Shown here one piece after another: positions 46,257 to 56,543 of a DNA stretch of 64,000 nucleotides (positions are counted from its first letter, which is position 1; every line of letters begins with the position of its first letter). The stretch lies in assembly GCA_016202605.1 (NCBI GenBank), contig JACQOJ010000074.1, forward strand, positions 4,499-68,498. The letters are read 5' to 3'. The notes under the pieces were generated by a model that saw only the letters and a list, made by a program, of their open reading frames with translations, did no database searches and was not told where the DNA came from. Position numbers and translations under genes: made by a program. This DNA comes from Betaproteobacteria bacterium (GTDB lineage Bacteria > Pseudomonadota > Gammaproteobacteria > Burkholderiales > SG8-41).

Positions 46257-47570
46257 CTAATGAAGCTTGATCCTGGGTTCGGTGCGGCGCGTGATCCAGC
46301 GCGCGAGCGTGTCGAACACCACCTTCGCGAGTCCGTGCAGCGCGTAGAGATGCATGCGGTAGAGCGACACGTACATGAAACGCGCGAACAACCCCTCGAT
46401 GAAGATGCTGCCGCCCAGCAGCGCGCCCATCAGGTTGCCGACCGTCGAATATTCGCCGAGAGACACGAGAGAACCGAAATCCCGGTACACGTACGGCTTG
46501 AGCGGTTTCCCGGCGAGACGGCGCCCGAGCATCGACACGAGATGCAGCGCCTGCTGATGGGCGGCCTGCGCGCGCGGCGGCACCGGATGCGCGTGACCCG
46601 GCCAGGGACAGCTCGCGCAGTCCCCGATCGCGAAGATGTCGGGATCCCGGGTCGTGTCGAGCGTCTGCCTGACCACGAGCTGGTTCAGGCGGTTGGTCTC
46701 CAGGCCGCCGATGTCCTTGAGGAAATCCGGCGCCTTGATCCCTGCCGCCCACACGGTCAGTTCGGCCGGGATTTTCCTGCCGCCCGCCGTCAAGACGCCG
46801 TCGGCGACCACTTCCGTCACACGCTCGCCGGTGAGCACCTGCACCTTGATGTCCTGCAGCAGGCTCTCGGTCGCCTTCGACAGACGTTCGGGCAGCGCCG
46901 GGAGAATGCGCGGCGCGGCCTCGATGATGGTGAGCTTCACGTCGCGCTCCGGATCGATCTTGTCGAGCCCGTAGGCGATGAGCTCGCGCGTGGTCTTGTG
47001 CAGCTCGGCGGCCAGTTCCACGCCCGTCGCACCGCCGCCGATGATCGCGACGTTGAGCTGCTCGGGCTTTAGCGGCGCGGCCTGGGCGTTGGCACGGATG
47101 CAGGCATTGATGAGCCGCCGGTGAAAAAGCTCCGCCTGCTCCGGAGTATCCAGGCTGATCGCGTGCTCGCGCGCGCCGGGCGTGCCGAAATCGTTGGTGT
47201 TGCTGCCGACCGCGATCACCAGCGTATCGTAGTGAATCTCGCGGCGGGAAATGAGCTCGCGGCCTTCGTCATCGAAGCTGGGCGCAACCAGCACCACGCG
47301 GCGCACGCGATCGATGCCGTCCATGCTCCCCAACTGGAACCGAAAGTGGTGCCAGCGCGCCTGCGCCAGGTAGTCGAGGTCGTGGGCATCGAGATCCATG
47401 CTGCCCGCGGCGACTTCGTGCAGCAGCGGCTTCCACAAATGCGTGCGGGCACGCTCGACGAGCGTGATCCGCGCGCGCTCCCGGCGGCCCAGCGTGTCAC
47501 CCAGCCGCGTAGCGAGTTCGAGCCCTCCCGCACCCCCGCCGACGATTACGATACGACGGATGTCTGTCAT
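46257..47570 (-). CDS. ndh: Type II NADH:quinone oxidoreductase
   Basis: VGGGAGGL, WKPLLHEVA, GGGATGVELA, IFAIGDCA, PPRAQAAHQ. Confidence 0.93.
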   Translation of the reverse strand: MTDIRRIVIVGGGAGGLELATRLGDTLGRRERARITLVERARTHLWKPLLHEVAAGSMDLDAHDLDYLAQARWHHFRFQLGSMDGIDRVRRVVLVAPSFDDEGRELISRREIHYDTLVIAVGSNTNDFGTPGAREHAISLDTPEQAELFHRRLINACIRANAQAAPLKPEQLNVAIIGGGATGVELAAELHKTTRELIAYGLDKIDPERDVKLTIIEAAPRILPALPERLSKATESLLQDIKVQVLTGERVTEVVADGVLTAGGRKIPAELTVWAAGIKAPDFLKDIGGLETNRLNQLVVRQTLDTTRDPDIFAIGDCASCPWPGHAHPVPPRAQAAHQQALHLVSMLGRRLAGKPLKPYVYRDFGSLVSLGEYSTVGNLMGALLGGSIFIEGLFARFMYVSLYRMHLYALHGLAKVVFDTLARWITRRTEPRIKLH

Positions 47571-47711
47571 TGCGCGTTAAGAATAAACCGTATGGTTATC
47601 GGGGACACGATTTTCGTGAACCTGCCAGCGTGAGCTGGGAGCGGAAATGGGTGTCCCTATTATAAATCGCGTAGAACCTCCACATCGTGATTATCGGGGG
47701 GAGAACGCGTC

Positions 47712-48683
47712 ATGAGTGGCGCCAAGACCAGTGGATTCGCCGCAATTCTTTTTGCTCTCGCTCTGGGCACTCAGGCAGCACAGTTTCCCGAGCGGCCGGT
47801 ACGCATGATCGTGCCCTTCGCTCCCGGAGGCAATGTGGACATCACCGCGCGCACCGTCGCTCCCGCGCTCGGCCAGGCTTTCGGCCAGCAGGTGCTCGTG
47901 GAGAACCGGGCCGGCGCGGGCGGAACGATCGGCGCCGATGTCGTCGCCAAAGCCGCGCCCGATGGTCACACGGTCCTCATGGCTTCGAGCAGCGTCATGA
48001 CCAACGGCCCCGCGCTCTATCCCAAACTGCCGTACGACATCGTGCGCGACTTCGCTCCGGTCGGACGCGTCGCCGTCGTGCCCCTCGCCATCGTGGTCCA
48101 CCCCGCGGTGCCGGCCAGGACCACCAGGGAGCTGATCGCGGTCGCAAATGCGCAGGGCGGCAGGATGCTCATGGCCAACGCCGGAGTGGGCACCACCAAC
48201 CACCTCATCGCCGAGTTGTTCATGATCAGGGCCGGCGCACGCATGACGCTGGTCCCATACAAGGGAAGCGGACCGGCCCTGGTGGATCTGATCGCCGGGC
48301 ACGTGTTCGCGCATGTGGACCAGATCTCCTCGGCGCTGCCGTATATCAAGGCGAACCGCATCCGGCCGATCGCGGTGACCACGGCGAAGCGTGCCGCCGC
48401 CCTGCCCGAGGTGCCGACGCTTTCGGAGTCCGGCGTCCCGGGATTCGACGCCAGCACGGTCACCGGCGTGCTCGCTCCGGCGAAAACCCCGCGCGACGTC
48501 GTGGCCCGGCTGAACGCGACGCTCGTGAAAATTCTCGCCGCCCCCGCCATCAGGGGGCGCTTCACCACGCTCGGCGCGGAAGTCCAGCCGAGCACGCCGG
48601 AGGAACTCGGCGCCTTCATCCGCGACGATCTCGCGCAGTGGGTGAAGGTCGTCAAGCAGGCAGGGATCAAAGTCGAGTTGTAG
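47712..48683 (+). CDS. Bug/TctC substrate-binding protein
   Basis: FPERPVRMIVPFAPGGNVD, VENRAGAGG, VPYKG. Confidence 0.93.
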   Translation: MSGAKTSGFAAILFALALGTQAAQFPERPVRMIVPFAPGGNVDITARTVAPALGQAFGQQVLVENRAGAGGTIGADVVAKAAPDGHTVLMASSSVMTNGPALYPKLPYDIVRDFAPVGRVAVVPLAIVVHPAVPARTTRELIAVANAQGGRMLMANAGVGTTNHLIAELFMIRAGARMTLVPYKGSGPALVDLIAGHVFAHVDQISSALPYIKANRIRPIAVTTAKRAAALPEVPTLSESGVPGFDASTVTGVLAPAKTPRDVVARLNATLVKILAAPAIRGRFTTLGAEVQPSTPEELGAFIRDDLAQWVKVVKQAGIKVEL

Positions 48684-48740
48684 CCACAGCACCCCGCCTT
48701 CCCGAGGAGGGATGCCGAACAAATGTTAGGCGAGGTGGTG

Positions 48741-50135
48741 TTACGCGCCAGCCTGACTGGCGGCGCTCTGCTGCAGGAGCTTCAACATGGCCGCCGCCTT
48801 GTCGAAGGTTTCCTGGTATTCGTCCTCGAGCCTTGAATCGGCGACGATGCCGCCGCCCGCCCAGAAGCGGATCGTTCCATGAGAACGGACCAGCGTGCGG
48901 ATCGCGATGTTGAGATCCATGTTGCCGTCGAAACCGATGTAGCCGATCGCGCCGCAGTAAACGCCGCGGCGATGCGGCTCGAGCTCCTCGATGATCTGCA
49001 TCGCGCGCACCTTGGGCGCGCCGGTGATCGAGCCGCCGGGAAAGCACCCGCGCAAGAGGTCGAGCGCGTCGCGTCCCGGTCTCAGCTCGCCCGTGACCGT
49101 GCTGACCAGATGGTGCACCGTCGCGAAACTCTCGACATCGAACAGCTTCGGCACTTTCACCGAGCCGGACGCGCAGTTCTTCGACAGGTCGTTCCTCAGC
49201 AGGTCGACGATCATGACGTTCTCCGCGCGGTCCTTCTCGCTCGCGCGCAGCACCTCGGCGAGCTCGGCGTCGAGCCGCGGATGTCCCACGCGCGGACGTG
49301 TGCCCTTGATCGGTTTCGTCTCCACGCGTCCGTTCTCCACCTTCAGAAAACGCTCGGGAGAGGCGGAAAGAATCTGCGCGTAGGGCGTGCTCAGAAACGC
49401 GGATAACGGCGCCGGATTGATGACGCGCAGTCGCTGATAGGCGAGCCACGGATCTCCCGCCGCGCCGGCCGCGAAACGCTGTGCCAGATTCACCTGGTAG
49501 CAGTCCCCGTTCCCGATGTAGTCGTGAATGCGCCTGAATGCTTCTCCATAGGTTTCCCGCGTCATGTTGGACACGACCGGCGAGGTGACGCAAAACGGCA
49601 CGCGCGCCTTCTCGGGCTGCGGCGCGCTGAAACACGCGACGAGGCCGTCCCACTTGACGTCGGTATCGGGATCGCGGCCCTGGCCAACGAGCCAGCTCCT
49701 GCGCTCGAGGTGATCGACCACTAGCGCCCAGTCGTAAATGCCGATCGCCATGTCCGGGATCCGCTCGGAATCCTCGGCAAGCGCGGGAAGATTTTCCAGG
49801 CGCCGCGCGAGATCGTATGCGAAGTAGCCGATCGCCCCGCCGCAGAAGGGAAAATCATTGCGCGCCGCCGCGTCGATCTCCAGGTGGCGCCTCACCAGCG
49901 CAAACGGGTCCTCGCGCGAGAGCTCGACCGCATCGGCGTGAATCTCGGTGAGGCCGCCGCGCGTCACCAGTCGCACGTACGGCTGCGCGGCGAGGATGTC
50001 GTAGCGCGACTGGCCCGGATGGTGTTGCCCGCTGTCGAGGAACACCGCCCATGGCAGGTCGGCGATCGCCTCGAACAGCGCGACGCTGTCGGATCGATAG
50101 GGCAGTTCGGTGCGAAGTGGCGCGGTCATAATCAT
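48741..50135 (-). CDS. pabB: Aminodeoxychorismate synthase component I
   Basis: GDCYQVNL, SPERF, PIKGTRPR, KDRAENVMIVDLLRND, FPGGSITGAPK. Confidence 0.93.
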   Translation of the reverse strand: MIMTAPLRTELPYRSDSVALFEAIADLPWAVFLDSGQHHPGQSRYDILAAQPYVRLVTRGGLTEIHADAVELSREDPFALVRRHLEIDAAARNDFPFCGGAIGYFAYDLARRLENLPALAEDSERIPDMAIGIYDWALVVDHLERRSWLVGQGRDPDTDVKWDGLVACFSAPQPEKARVPFCVTSPVVSNMTRETYGEAFRRIHDYIGNGDCYQVNLAQRFAAGAAGDPWLAYQRLRVINPAPLSAFLSTPYAQILSASPERFLKVENGRVETKPIKGTRPRVGHPRLDAELAEVLRASEKDRAENVMIVDLLRNDLSKNCASGSVKVPKLFDVESFATVHHLVSTVTGELRPGRDALDLLRGCFPGGSITGAPKVRAMQIIEELEPHRRGVYCGAIGYIGFDGNMDLNIAIRTLVRSHGTIRFWAGGGIVADSRLEDEYQETFDKAAAMLKLLQQSAASQAGA

Positions 50136-50150
50136 GAACGGAATCGAGCC

Positions 50151-50582
50151 TGCGAAAAGCGTTCAGCCACAGAGATCACAGAGAAAAGAACAAAAGCTGT
50201 AGCCCGGATAAAACGAAGTGGAATCCGGGGTCGGAATCACCCGGAATCCGCTCCGCTTCTTCCGGGCTACCTGCTGGTTTTACATGCGTACCGCCGATTT
50301 GTCATTCCCGAGGAGCCTGTCCCCGAGTGTCTTAGTCGGGGCTCGGGAATCCAATTGTAACTCGCAAGGGGCTGGAATTTCCCGGAATCCGCCCCGTTTC
50401 TTCCGGGCTACCCGCTAATGCGAAAAGCGTTCAGCCACAGAGATCACGGAGAAAAGAACAAAAGCTGTAGCCCGGATAAAACGAAGTGGAATCCGGGGTC
50501 GGAATCGCCCGGAATCCGCTCCGCCTCTGCCCGGCTACCCGCTTAACGATCTTTCTCTGTGATCTCTGTGGTCTCTGTGGCG
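50151..50582. repeat. Composite repeat region: ~120-bp direct repeat, GTAG-REP, GTCATTCCCG element and 9-mer arrays
   Basis: 50151-50271 is repeated at 50419-50540. GTAGCCCGGA...CGGGCTAC units. CTCTGTG arrays at 50166, 50435 and inverted at 50555. Confidence 0.85.
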
Positions 50583-50611
50583 AAATCGTTTTTCGCATTA
50601 GACTGTAGCGC

Positions 50612-51532
50612 ATGGAACACTGCCGCGGGCGCTTTGCGCCCTCCCCCACCGGTCCGCTGCACTTCGGTTCGCTGATCGCTGCGGTCGGAAGCTACCTCGA
50701 GGCAAGATCGCGCGGCGGCGAATGGCTCGTGCGCGTCGAAGATCTCGATCCGCCGCGCGTCGTTCCCGGCGCGGTCGGCGACATTCTGCGCGCCCTCGAC
50801 GCCTGCGGCATGCATTGGGACGGCCAGGTCATCTATCAGAGCGCGCGCAGCGATGCTTACCACACCGCGCTGCACGAATTGCGCCAGCGCAGCCTCATCT
50901 ATCCGTGCGCCTGCAGCCGCCGCGAGATCGCCGATTCGGCAGTGACCGGGGTCGATGGCTTCGTCTATCCGGGCACCTGCCGCGCGGGCCTTCCCGCCGG
51001 CAAGACCGCGCGCGCGTTGCGGGTGAATACGCGGAACGCGGCGATCGGATTCGTGGACGCGCTGCAGGGCCGAATCCGGCAGGATCTGGAAACGGATGTG
51101 GGCGATTTCATCATCTACCGCGCGGACAGGGTTTTCGCATACCAGCTCGCGGTCGTCGTCGATGACGCGGAACAGGGCATCACCGACGTCGTGCGCGGCG
51201 CCGATCTTCTCGACTCCACGCCGCGCCAGATCTATCTGCAACGGCTGCTCGGTTTCGCGACCCCGCGCTACGCCCATCTGCCCGTCGCGGTCAACGCGGA
51301 GGGCGAAAAGCTGTCCAAACAGACCTTCGCGCCCGCAATCGATCCGCGGCGTCCCGTGCCCCAGCTCGTGGCGGCTCTGCGGTTCCTCGGTCAGGAGATC
51401 CCGCCCGCGCTCGAACAGGCCGACGTGCGTTCCTTATGGGACTGGGCGCTCGGCAACTGGAATCTCGCACGCGTGCCGCGCGCAAGAAGCTTGGGTGAAT
51501 TCAGTGTTGAAGGCGTGACCGGTGACCGGTGA
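50612..51532 (+). CDS. gluQ: Glutamyl-Q tRNA(Asp) synthetase
   Basis: GRFAPSPTGPLHFGS, YQLAVVVDD, VRGADL, KLSKQ. Lacks an anticodon-binding domain. Confidence 0.93.
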   Translation: MEHCRGRFAPSPTGPLHFGSLIAAVGSYLEARSRGGEWLVRVEDLDPPRVVPGAVGDILRALDACGMHWDGQVIYQSARSDAYHTALHELRQRSLIYPCACSRREIADSAVTGVDGFVYPGTCRAGLPAGKTARALRVNTRNAAIGFVDALQGRIRQDLETDVGDFIIYRADRVFAYQLAVVVDDAEQGITDVVRGADLLDSTPRQIYLQRLLGFATPRYAHLPVAVNAEGEKLSKQTFAPAIDPRRPVPQLVAALRFLGQEIPPALEQADVRSLWDWALGNWNLARVPRARSLGEFSVEGVTGDR

Positions 51533-51778
51533 CCGGTTTGTCATTCCCGAGGAATCGGGAATCCAATTTCAAGCACGGAATTGGATGCCCGTCTACACGG
51601 GCATGACACGTGACTGTCATTCCCGAGTAGCCTGTCCTCGAGTGTCTTGATCGGGGATCGGGAATCCAATTTCAGAGCATGTCATTCCCGAGGAGTCGGG
51701 AATCCAATTTCAAGCACGGGATTGGATGCCCGTCCCCCGACTACGGCACTCGGGGGCAGGCCCCGCGGGCATGACACT
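51516..51778. repeat. (GTGACCG)x3 array plus REP-like palindrome cluster
   Basis: Three GTCATTCCCGAG..CGGGAATCCAA units and two TTGGATGCCCG..CGGGCATGAC units. Confidence 0.85.
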
Positions 51779-51806
51779 CGGCGGAAAAGGTGGTCCCCGA
51801 TTTTTC

Positions 51807-53021
51807 TCAAATTACGCCGCTCTCGCGCAACCCGCGTATGTCGTCGGCGCTATAGCCCAGATCCTGCAGCACCGCATCGGTATCGGACCCGACCGGACGC
51901 GGCGGAGTATCCGCCTGCGGGCCGTCGTGCTCGAACCGGAACGGCGCGAGCGGAATCCGGAGGTCGCGGGAAAATCCGGTCATCCCGGGCGGAAAGGTGT
52001 GGAACAACGATCGCGATTCGATCTGCGCCTCGCCCAGGGCTTCCGGTATCGTGCGCACGCGCCCGCCCGGCACGCCGGCCTCATTGAGCAGCGCTTCCCA
52101 ATCCGCGGCGGTGCGCGACATGAGCGTTTGCTGGATCGCCGCGCGCAGCGCCGGCACGTTTTCACGGCGGGCCGACGGCTGGGCGAAGCGCGAATCGTTG
52201 TTGAGTTCCTGCAGACCGAGGACCCGCAGCAGATTCTGATACTGATGCTCCTCGTTCACGGCGATGGCGAGCAGCCCGTCCGCGGTGTTGAACGTGGTCG
52301 ATGCAGGCGCACGGCTGGCGGCGTCGTTTCCCGCGGGCTTCGGCGCAACGCCGGTGTTGAGGTAAGCCGTCACCACCGAGGCCATCAGAACCATCGTGGT
52401 GTCGAGCATCGAGAGATCGATGTACTGCCCTTCTCCCGTCCGGCCGCGCTGGAAAAGCGCGGCGGAGACCGCGTACGCCGCGGCGATTCCGGTCGCGTAA
52501 TCGACGATCGGCGGGCCGGCCTTGAGCGGCGCGCTCTCCGGCGTGCCGGTGATGCTCATCAGGCCCGACCATGCCTGGATCACGCTGTCGTACGCCGCGT
52601 GGCGCTGTTTCGGCCCGGTATTTCCGTAAGCCGTGACCGAACAGTAGATGACCCCGGGGTTGAGCGCCTTGATGTCCTGGTAACCGATGCCGCGTTTTTC
52701 GGCGGAACCGGTGCGCAGGTTCTGCACCACGACGTCGGCGTTCGCCGCGAGCCTGAGGAAAATCTCCCGCCCCTCGGGCCGGTCGACGTCGACCGCGATG
52801 CAGCGCTTGTTCGCGGCCTGCGTCATGAATCCCAGCGACATGCCGTTCCTGCCGAACGCCGGATCGGCCTCGGTGCGCCAGCGGATGGTTTCACCGCGGC
52901 CCGGGCGCTCCACCTTGACGACGTCGGCGCCCAGCAATCCAAGCTGGTACGCGCAGTACGGTCCGGCCAGCACGCGGGTGAAATCAAGTACCTTGATCCC
53001 CGCAAAAGGGCGATTATTCAT
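51807..53021 (-). CDS. Family III CoA-transferase (CaiB/BaiF)
   Basis: GIKVLDFTRVLAGP, LGADVVKVE, PIVDYATG, GEGQYID. Confidence 0.93.
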   Translation of the reverse strand: MNNRPFAGIKVLDFTRVLAGPYCAYQLGLLGADVVKVERPGRGETIRWRTEADPAFGRNGMSLGFMTQAANKRCIAVDVDRPEGREIFLRLAANADVVVQNLRTGSAEKRGIGYQDIKALNPGVIYCSVTAYGNTGPKQRHAAYDSVIQAWSGLMSITGTPESAPLKAGPPIVDYATGIAAAYAVSAALFQRGRTGEGQYIDLSMLDTTMVLMASVVTAYLNTGVAPKPAGNDAASRAPASTTFNTADGLLAIAVNEEHQYQNLLRVLGLQELNNDSRFAQPSARRENVPALRAAIQQTLMSRTAADWEALLNEAGVPGGRVRTIPEALGEAQIESRSLFHTFPPGMTGFSRDLRIPLAPFRFEHDGPQADTPPRPVGSDTDAVLQDLGYSADDIRGLRESGVI

Positions 53022-53959
53022 TCGGCTTTGACGAGGGCCGGTTGCGCGCGCGCGCGGGTCAATCGGTGCTTCTCGGCGGCGACCCGGGCGATGATCTCGC
53101 GCAATTGCGGTATCGCTTCGCGCGCGGCTTCTTCACCTGCCGCGACGTTCTCCAGCTTGCGGTCGAAATCCAGCATGCGCGTGCGCACGGTGCGCGGCGC
53201 GATCACGACGTCGGCCTGCGCAAGTTCCCGCTCCAGCAACTGGTAGCGCGGCCGGCGCTGTGCCGCGTCCATGTCTCCGCCGCCGTTGCGCGCCTGCGCG
53301 AACCACGACACGTCCACCGCAATCACCACGTCCGCACCCATGCGCCGCGCGATGTGCACCGGCACCGGACTCGTCAGCCCGCCGTCGACATACTCCTCGC
53401 CGTTGATGACCGGCGGCACGAAGAGATTCGGAACGCTCGCCGATGCACGCACCGCAACGCCGGTGTTTCCCCGATTGAAAACCGTCAGCCGCCCGCTCTT
53501 CGCCTCGGTGGCGACCACCGCGAACGCCCTGGGCAGCCGCTCGATCGGGCGTCGCGCGAGCAGATCGTTGACGAACTCCTGCAACGCTTCACCGCGCACC
53601 CATCCCTTTCCGAACAGCACGAAATCGACGAGATCGTCCTGTTCGAGGCCGACCGCGATTTCCTCCAAGCGCTGCGCCTTGTATCCCGCCGCGTAGAGCG
53701 CCGCAACGACGGCGCCGGAACTCGCTCCGGTCACGATGTCGGCCTCGATTCCTTCCGCTTCCAGCGCCTTGATCACGCCGACGTGCGCGAAGCCGCGCGT
53801 GCCGCCGCTGCCCAGCGCCAGCGCCACCAGAGGCCGCTCGGACCTCAACGGAACGATACGCGCGCTCGACGGCGCGCCGTCCCCGTTGTATTGATCGGGA
53901 ACGATGGCGCACGAACCGAGTCCCGCAAAGAACAGCAGGGCGATCAACAGACGTTTCAT
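53018..53959 (-). CDS. Patatin-like phospholipase, probable lipoprotein
   Basis: Lipobox-like LGSC, GSGGTRG, GASSG (GxSxG), DGG. Confidence 0.9.
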   Translation of the reverse strand: MKRLLIALLFFAGLGSCAIVPDQYNGDGAPSSARIVPLRSERPLVALALGSGGTRGFAHVGVIKALEAEGIEADIVTGASSGAVVAALYAAGYKAQRLEEIAVGLEQDDLVDFVLFGKGWVRGEALQEFVNDLLARRPIERLPRAFAVVATEAKSGRLTVFNRGNTGVAVRASASVPNLFVPPVINGEEYVDGGLTSPVPVHIARRMGADVVIAVDVSWFAQARNGGGDMDAAQRRPRYQLLERELAQADVVIAPRTVRTRMLDFDRKLENVAAGEEAAREAIPQLREIIARVAAEKHRLTRARAQPALVKAE

Positions 53960-54187
53960 GGGGGTCAATGCTACCTCATTCCTGCAGCGGCTCAAAAATG
54001 ACACCTTTCCCGGCCCCGAGTTCCCGCGGCGGCGGCAATCGCCGCCGACTCGGTCCGCCGCAGGCTGGTGGGATATTCGCGCCCATTTGTGCGGAATCGG
54101 GTTGCGGGTTTATTCTATGCGCCATCGAAACGGGGCGTGGACCCCGGACGATGCAGGATGCATTCCAACAACGAGAGGAGAGAACCA

Positions 54188-55171
54188 ATGAGACTCAGCA
54201 CATTCGTCGCGCTCGCGGCGGCGGCTACGGCGTTGATCAACACCCCACCGGCCGCGGCAGCGGACGCGGCCAAGGATTTTCCCACGCGTCCGGTACGGTT
54301 GATCGTTCCGAACGGGCCGGGCAGCGCAGTGGACACCTTGAGCCGCATCGTGAGCAACGAACTCTCGGAAGTCATCGGGCAGCAGATCGTGGTGGACAAC
54401 CGCGGCGGCGCGGCCGGCATCATCGGCATGGAAATCGCCAAGAACGCCAACCCGGACGGCTACACGCTGATTACCGCCACAACGGCAGCCACCACCATTG
54501 CGAGACTCCTCGTGAAGAATCCCACGTATCATCCCGTGAATGACTACGACTCTGTCGTGCAGTTTGCGGAAACGCTCAACGTGCTGGTGGTGAACCGCTC
54601 GCTGCCGATCAATTCGGTGAAAGACATGATTGCTTACGCCAGGAGCGGCAAGACGTTCAACATGGCCTCCGCCGGCACCGGTTCGCAGAGCCACCTTGCC
54701 GGGGCGTACTTGTTACAGGCGGCCAGGTTCAAGTCGCTGCACGTGCCCTACAAGGGCGGCGGCGCATCGTCGGCGGCGGTCGCGTCCGGCGAGTCCCAAT
54801 GGTCGCTCATACCTTCTCCGGCCGCGATGAGGCACGTGCAAGCCGGACGCATGCGCGCGATCGCCCACAGCCTGCCCAGGGCGACGCCGCTGCTCCCCGG
54901 CATTCCTCCGATTTCCGACACCATCCCGGGCTTCGATTACAGCGGCTGGATGGGATTCTTCGTGCCGAAGGGTACGCCCAAGGCGCTCAGCGACAAGATC
55001 CGTGTAGCAGTGGTAAAGACCATGGGAGCACCCCAGGTCAAGAAGGGCATGGCTTTCCAGGCCACGGAAATCGTCATCCGCGGCGCGAACGAATTCCGCA
55101 AGGTGGTGCAGGACTCGATGGTCAAGAACGAGAAGCTCCTGAAGTCGCTCGGGTTGAAGGCCACCAACTGA
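54188..55171 (+). CDS. Bug/TctC substrate-binding protein
   Basis: GAGGAG RBS, FPTRPVRLIVPNGPGSAVD, HVPYKG. Confidence 0.92.
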   Translation: MRLSTFVALAAAATALINTPPAAAADAAKDFPTRPVRLIVPNGPGSAVDTLSRIVSNELSEVIGQQIVVDNRGGAAGIIGMEIAKNANPDGYTLITATTAATTIARLLVKNPTYHPVNDYDSVVQFAETLNVLVVNRSLPINSVKDMIAYARSGKTFNMASAGTGSQSHLAGAYLLQAARFKSLHVPYKGGGASSAAVASGESQWSLIPSPAAMRHVQAGRMRAIAHSLPRATPLLPGIPPISDTIPGFDYSGWMGFFVPKGTPKALSDKIRVAVVKTMGAPQVKKGMAFQATEIVIRGANEFRKVVQDSMVKNEKLLKSLGLKATN

Positions 55172-55198
55172 CCTGGCGGCACGCATCTTCCATCGTGC

Positions 55199-55225
55199 AA
55201 AGGGCGGCCTCGGCCGCCCTTTTTT
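55199..55225 (+). terminator. Rho-independent terminator
   Basis: AAAGGGCGGCC-TC-GGCCGCCCTTTTTT. Confidence 0.85.
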
Positions 55226-55398
55226 CCGCCGAAGATCCTGCTTGTCCGTTGAAACTGCCGCGCTCAAGTTCGTGCGCGCGTGGTATCGTACGCACGCCAC
55301 GCCGGCGATGCCGTCGGAGGGGCCGGGCTGGCCGGATGAGCGACACTGGAACAGCCGGCTTACAAAACCAATACCGAATAGTGTAAGGAGTACAACAA

Positions 55399-56382
55399 AT
55401 GAGATGCACCAGGCTTTACATGTTGACCTGCGCTGTCGCGGCTCTGGCGACAAGCCCGTTCGCCGCCGGGGCGGACGCCGTGAAGGATTATCCCAACAGG
55501 CCGCTGCGCATGCTGGTGCCGAACGCGCCCGGCAGCGCGGTGGACACTCTGAGCCGCATCGTCGGCGGCAAGCTCTCCGACGTGCTCGGGCAGCAGGTCG
55601 TGATGGACAACCGCGCCGGCGCTGGCGGCATCATCGGCATGGAGATCGCCAAGGCCGCGAACCCGGACGGCTACACGGTGATCACCGCGACCACTGCGGC
55701 CACGACCATCGCCAGGCTGCTCCTGAAGAAACCTCCGTTCGACCCGCTGAAGGACTACGATTATGTCGGGCAGTTCGCGGTCACGCCCAATGTGCTGCTG
55801 GTCAATCCGTCGCTGCCGATCAAATCCACCAAGGAATTGATCGATTACGCCAAGAGCAACCCCGGCAAGTTCAACATGGCCTCCGCCGGCGCCGGCTCGC
55901 AAAGCCATTTGTCGGGCGCGTATTTCCAGCAGGTCGCCAAGATCGATTCGCTGCATGTCCCGTACAAGGGCGGCGGCGCGTCCGTCGCCTCTGTCATCGC
56001 GGGCGAGTCGCAATGGACCATCACGCCGGCGCCGGCGGCAATGTCGCATGTCAACGCGGGACGGCTGCGCGCGATCGCCCATAGTCTCCCGCAGCGCACT
56101 GCGCTCCTGCCCAACGTTCCCGCGATCGCCGAAACCCTCCCCGGCTTCGATTACAGCGGGTGGATGGGCTTCTTCGTGCCGAAGGGAACGCCGAAAGCGA
56201 TCACCGACAAGCTGCGTGTGGCGGTGGTGAAGACCATGGATCATCCCGAAGTGAAGAAGGGAATGGCCTTCCAGGCCACCGAGATCGTCATCCAGGGGCC
56301 GGCGGAATTTCGAAAAGTGGTCGAAGACTCCATGATCAAGAACGCCAGGGTCGTGGCGGCGGTCGGACTGAAAGCCAATTGA
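55399..56382 (+). CDS. Bug/TctC substrate-binding protein, close paralog of the upstream gene
   Basis: AAGGAG RBS, YPNRPLRMLVPNAPGSAVD. Long stretches identical to 54188..55171. Confidence 0.93.
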   Translation: MRCTRLYMLTCAVAALATSPFAAGADAVKDYPNRPLRMLVPNAPGSAVDTLSRIVGGKLSDVLGQQVVMDNRAGAGGIIGMEIAKAANPDGYTVITATTAATTIARLLLKKPPFDPLKDYDYVGQFAVTPNVLLVNPSLPIKSTKELIDYAKSNPGKFNMASAGAGSQSHLSGAYFQQVAKIDSLHVPYKGGGASVASVIAGESQWTITPAPAAMSHVNAGRLRAIAHSLPQRTALLPNVPAIAETLPGFDYSGWMGFFVPKGTPKAITDKLRVAVVKTMDHPEVKKGMAFQATEIVIQGPAEFRKVVEDSMIKNARVVAAVGLKAN

Positions 56383-56401
56383 CGCCCGTTCAGAGAGTAA
56401 A

Positions 56402-56434
56402 AGAGAGGGCGGCATGGCCGCCCTTTCTCGTTTT
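56402..56434 (+). terminator. Rho-independent terminator
   Basis: AGAGAGGGCGGC-ATG-GCCGCCCTTTCT followed by a T-rich tail. Confidence 0.7.
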
Positions 56435-56543
56435 GGGACGCGTGCCCTCAAACGGATCGCCCCACGACTTGACGCGCATGGCCGTTTTTTCTATCTTGGC
56501 GTCCCGCCTTTGAATCACACCACCAACCGGAGAGGAATTCCAC

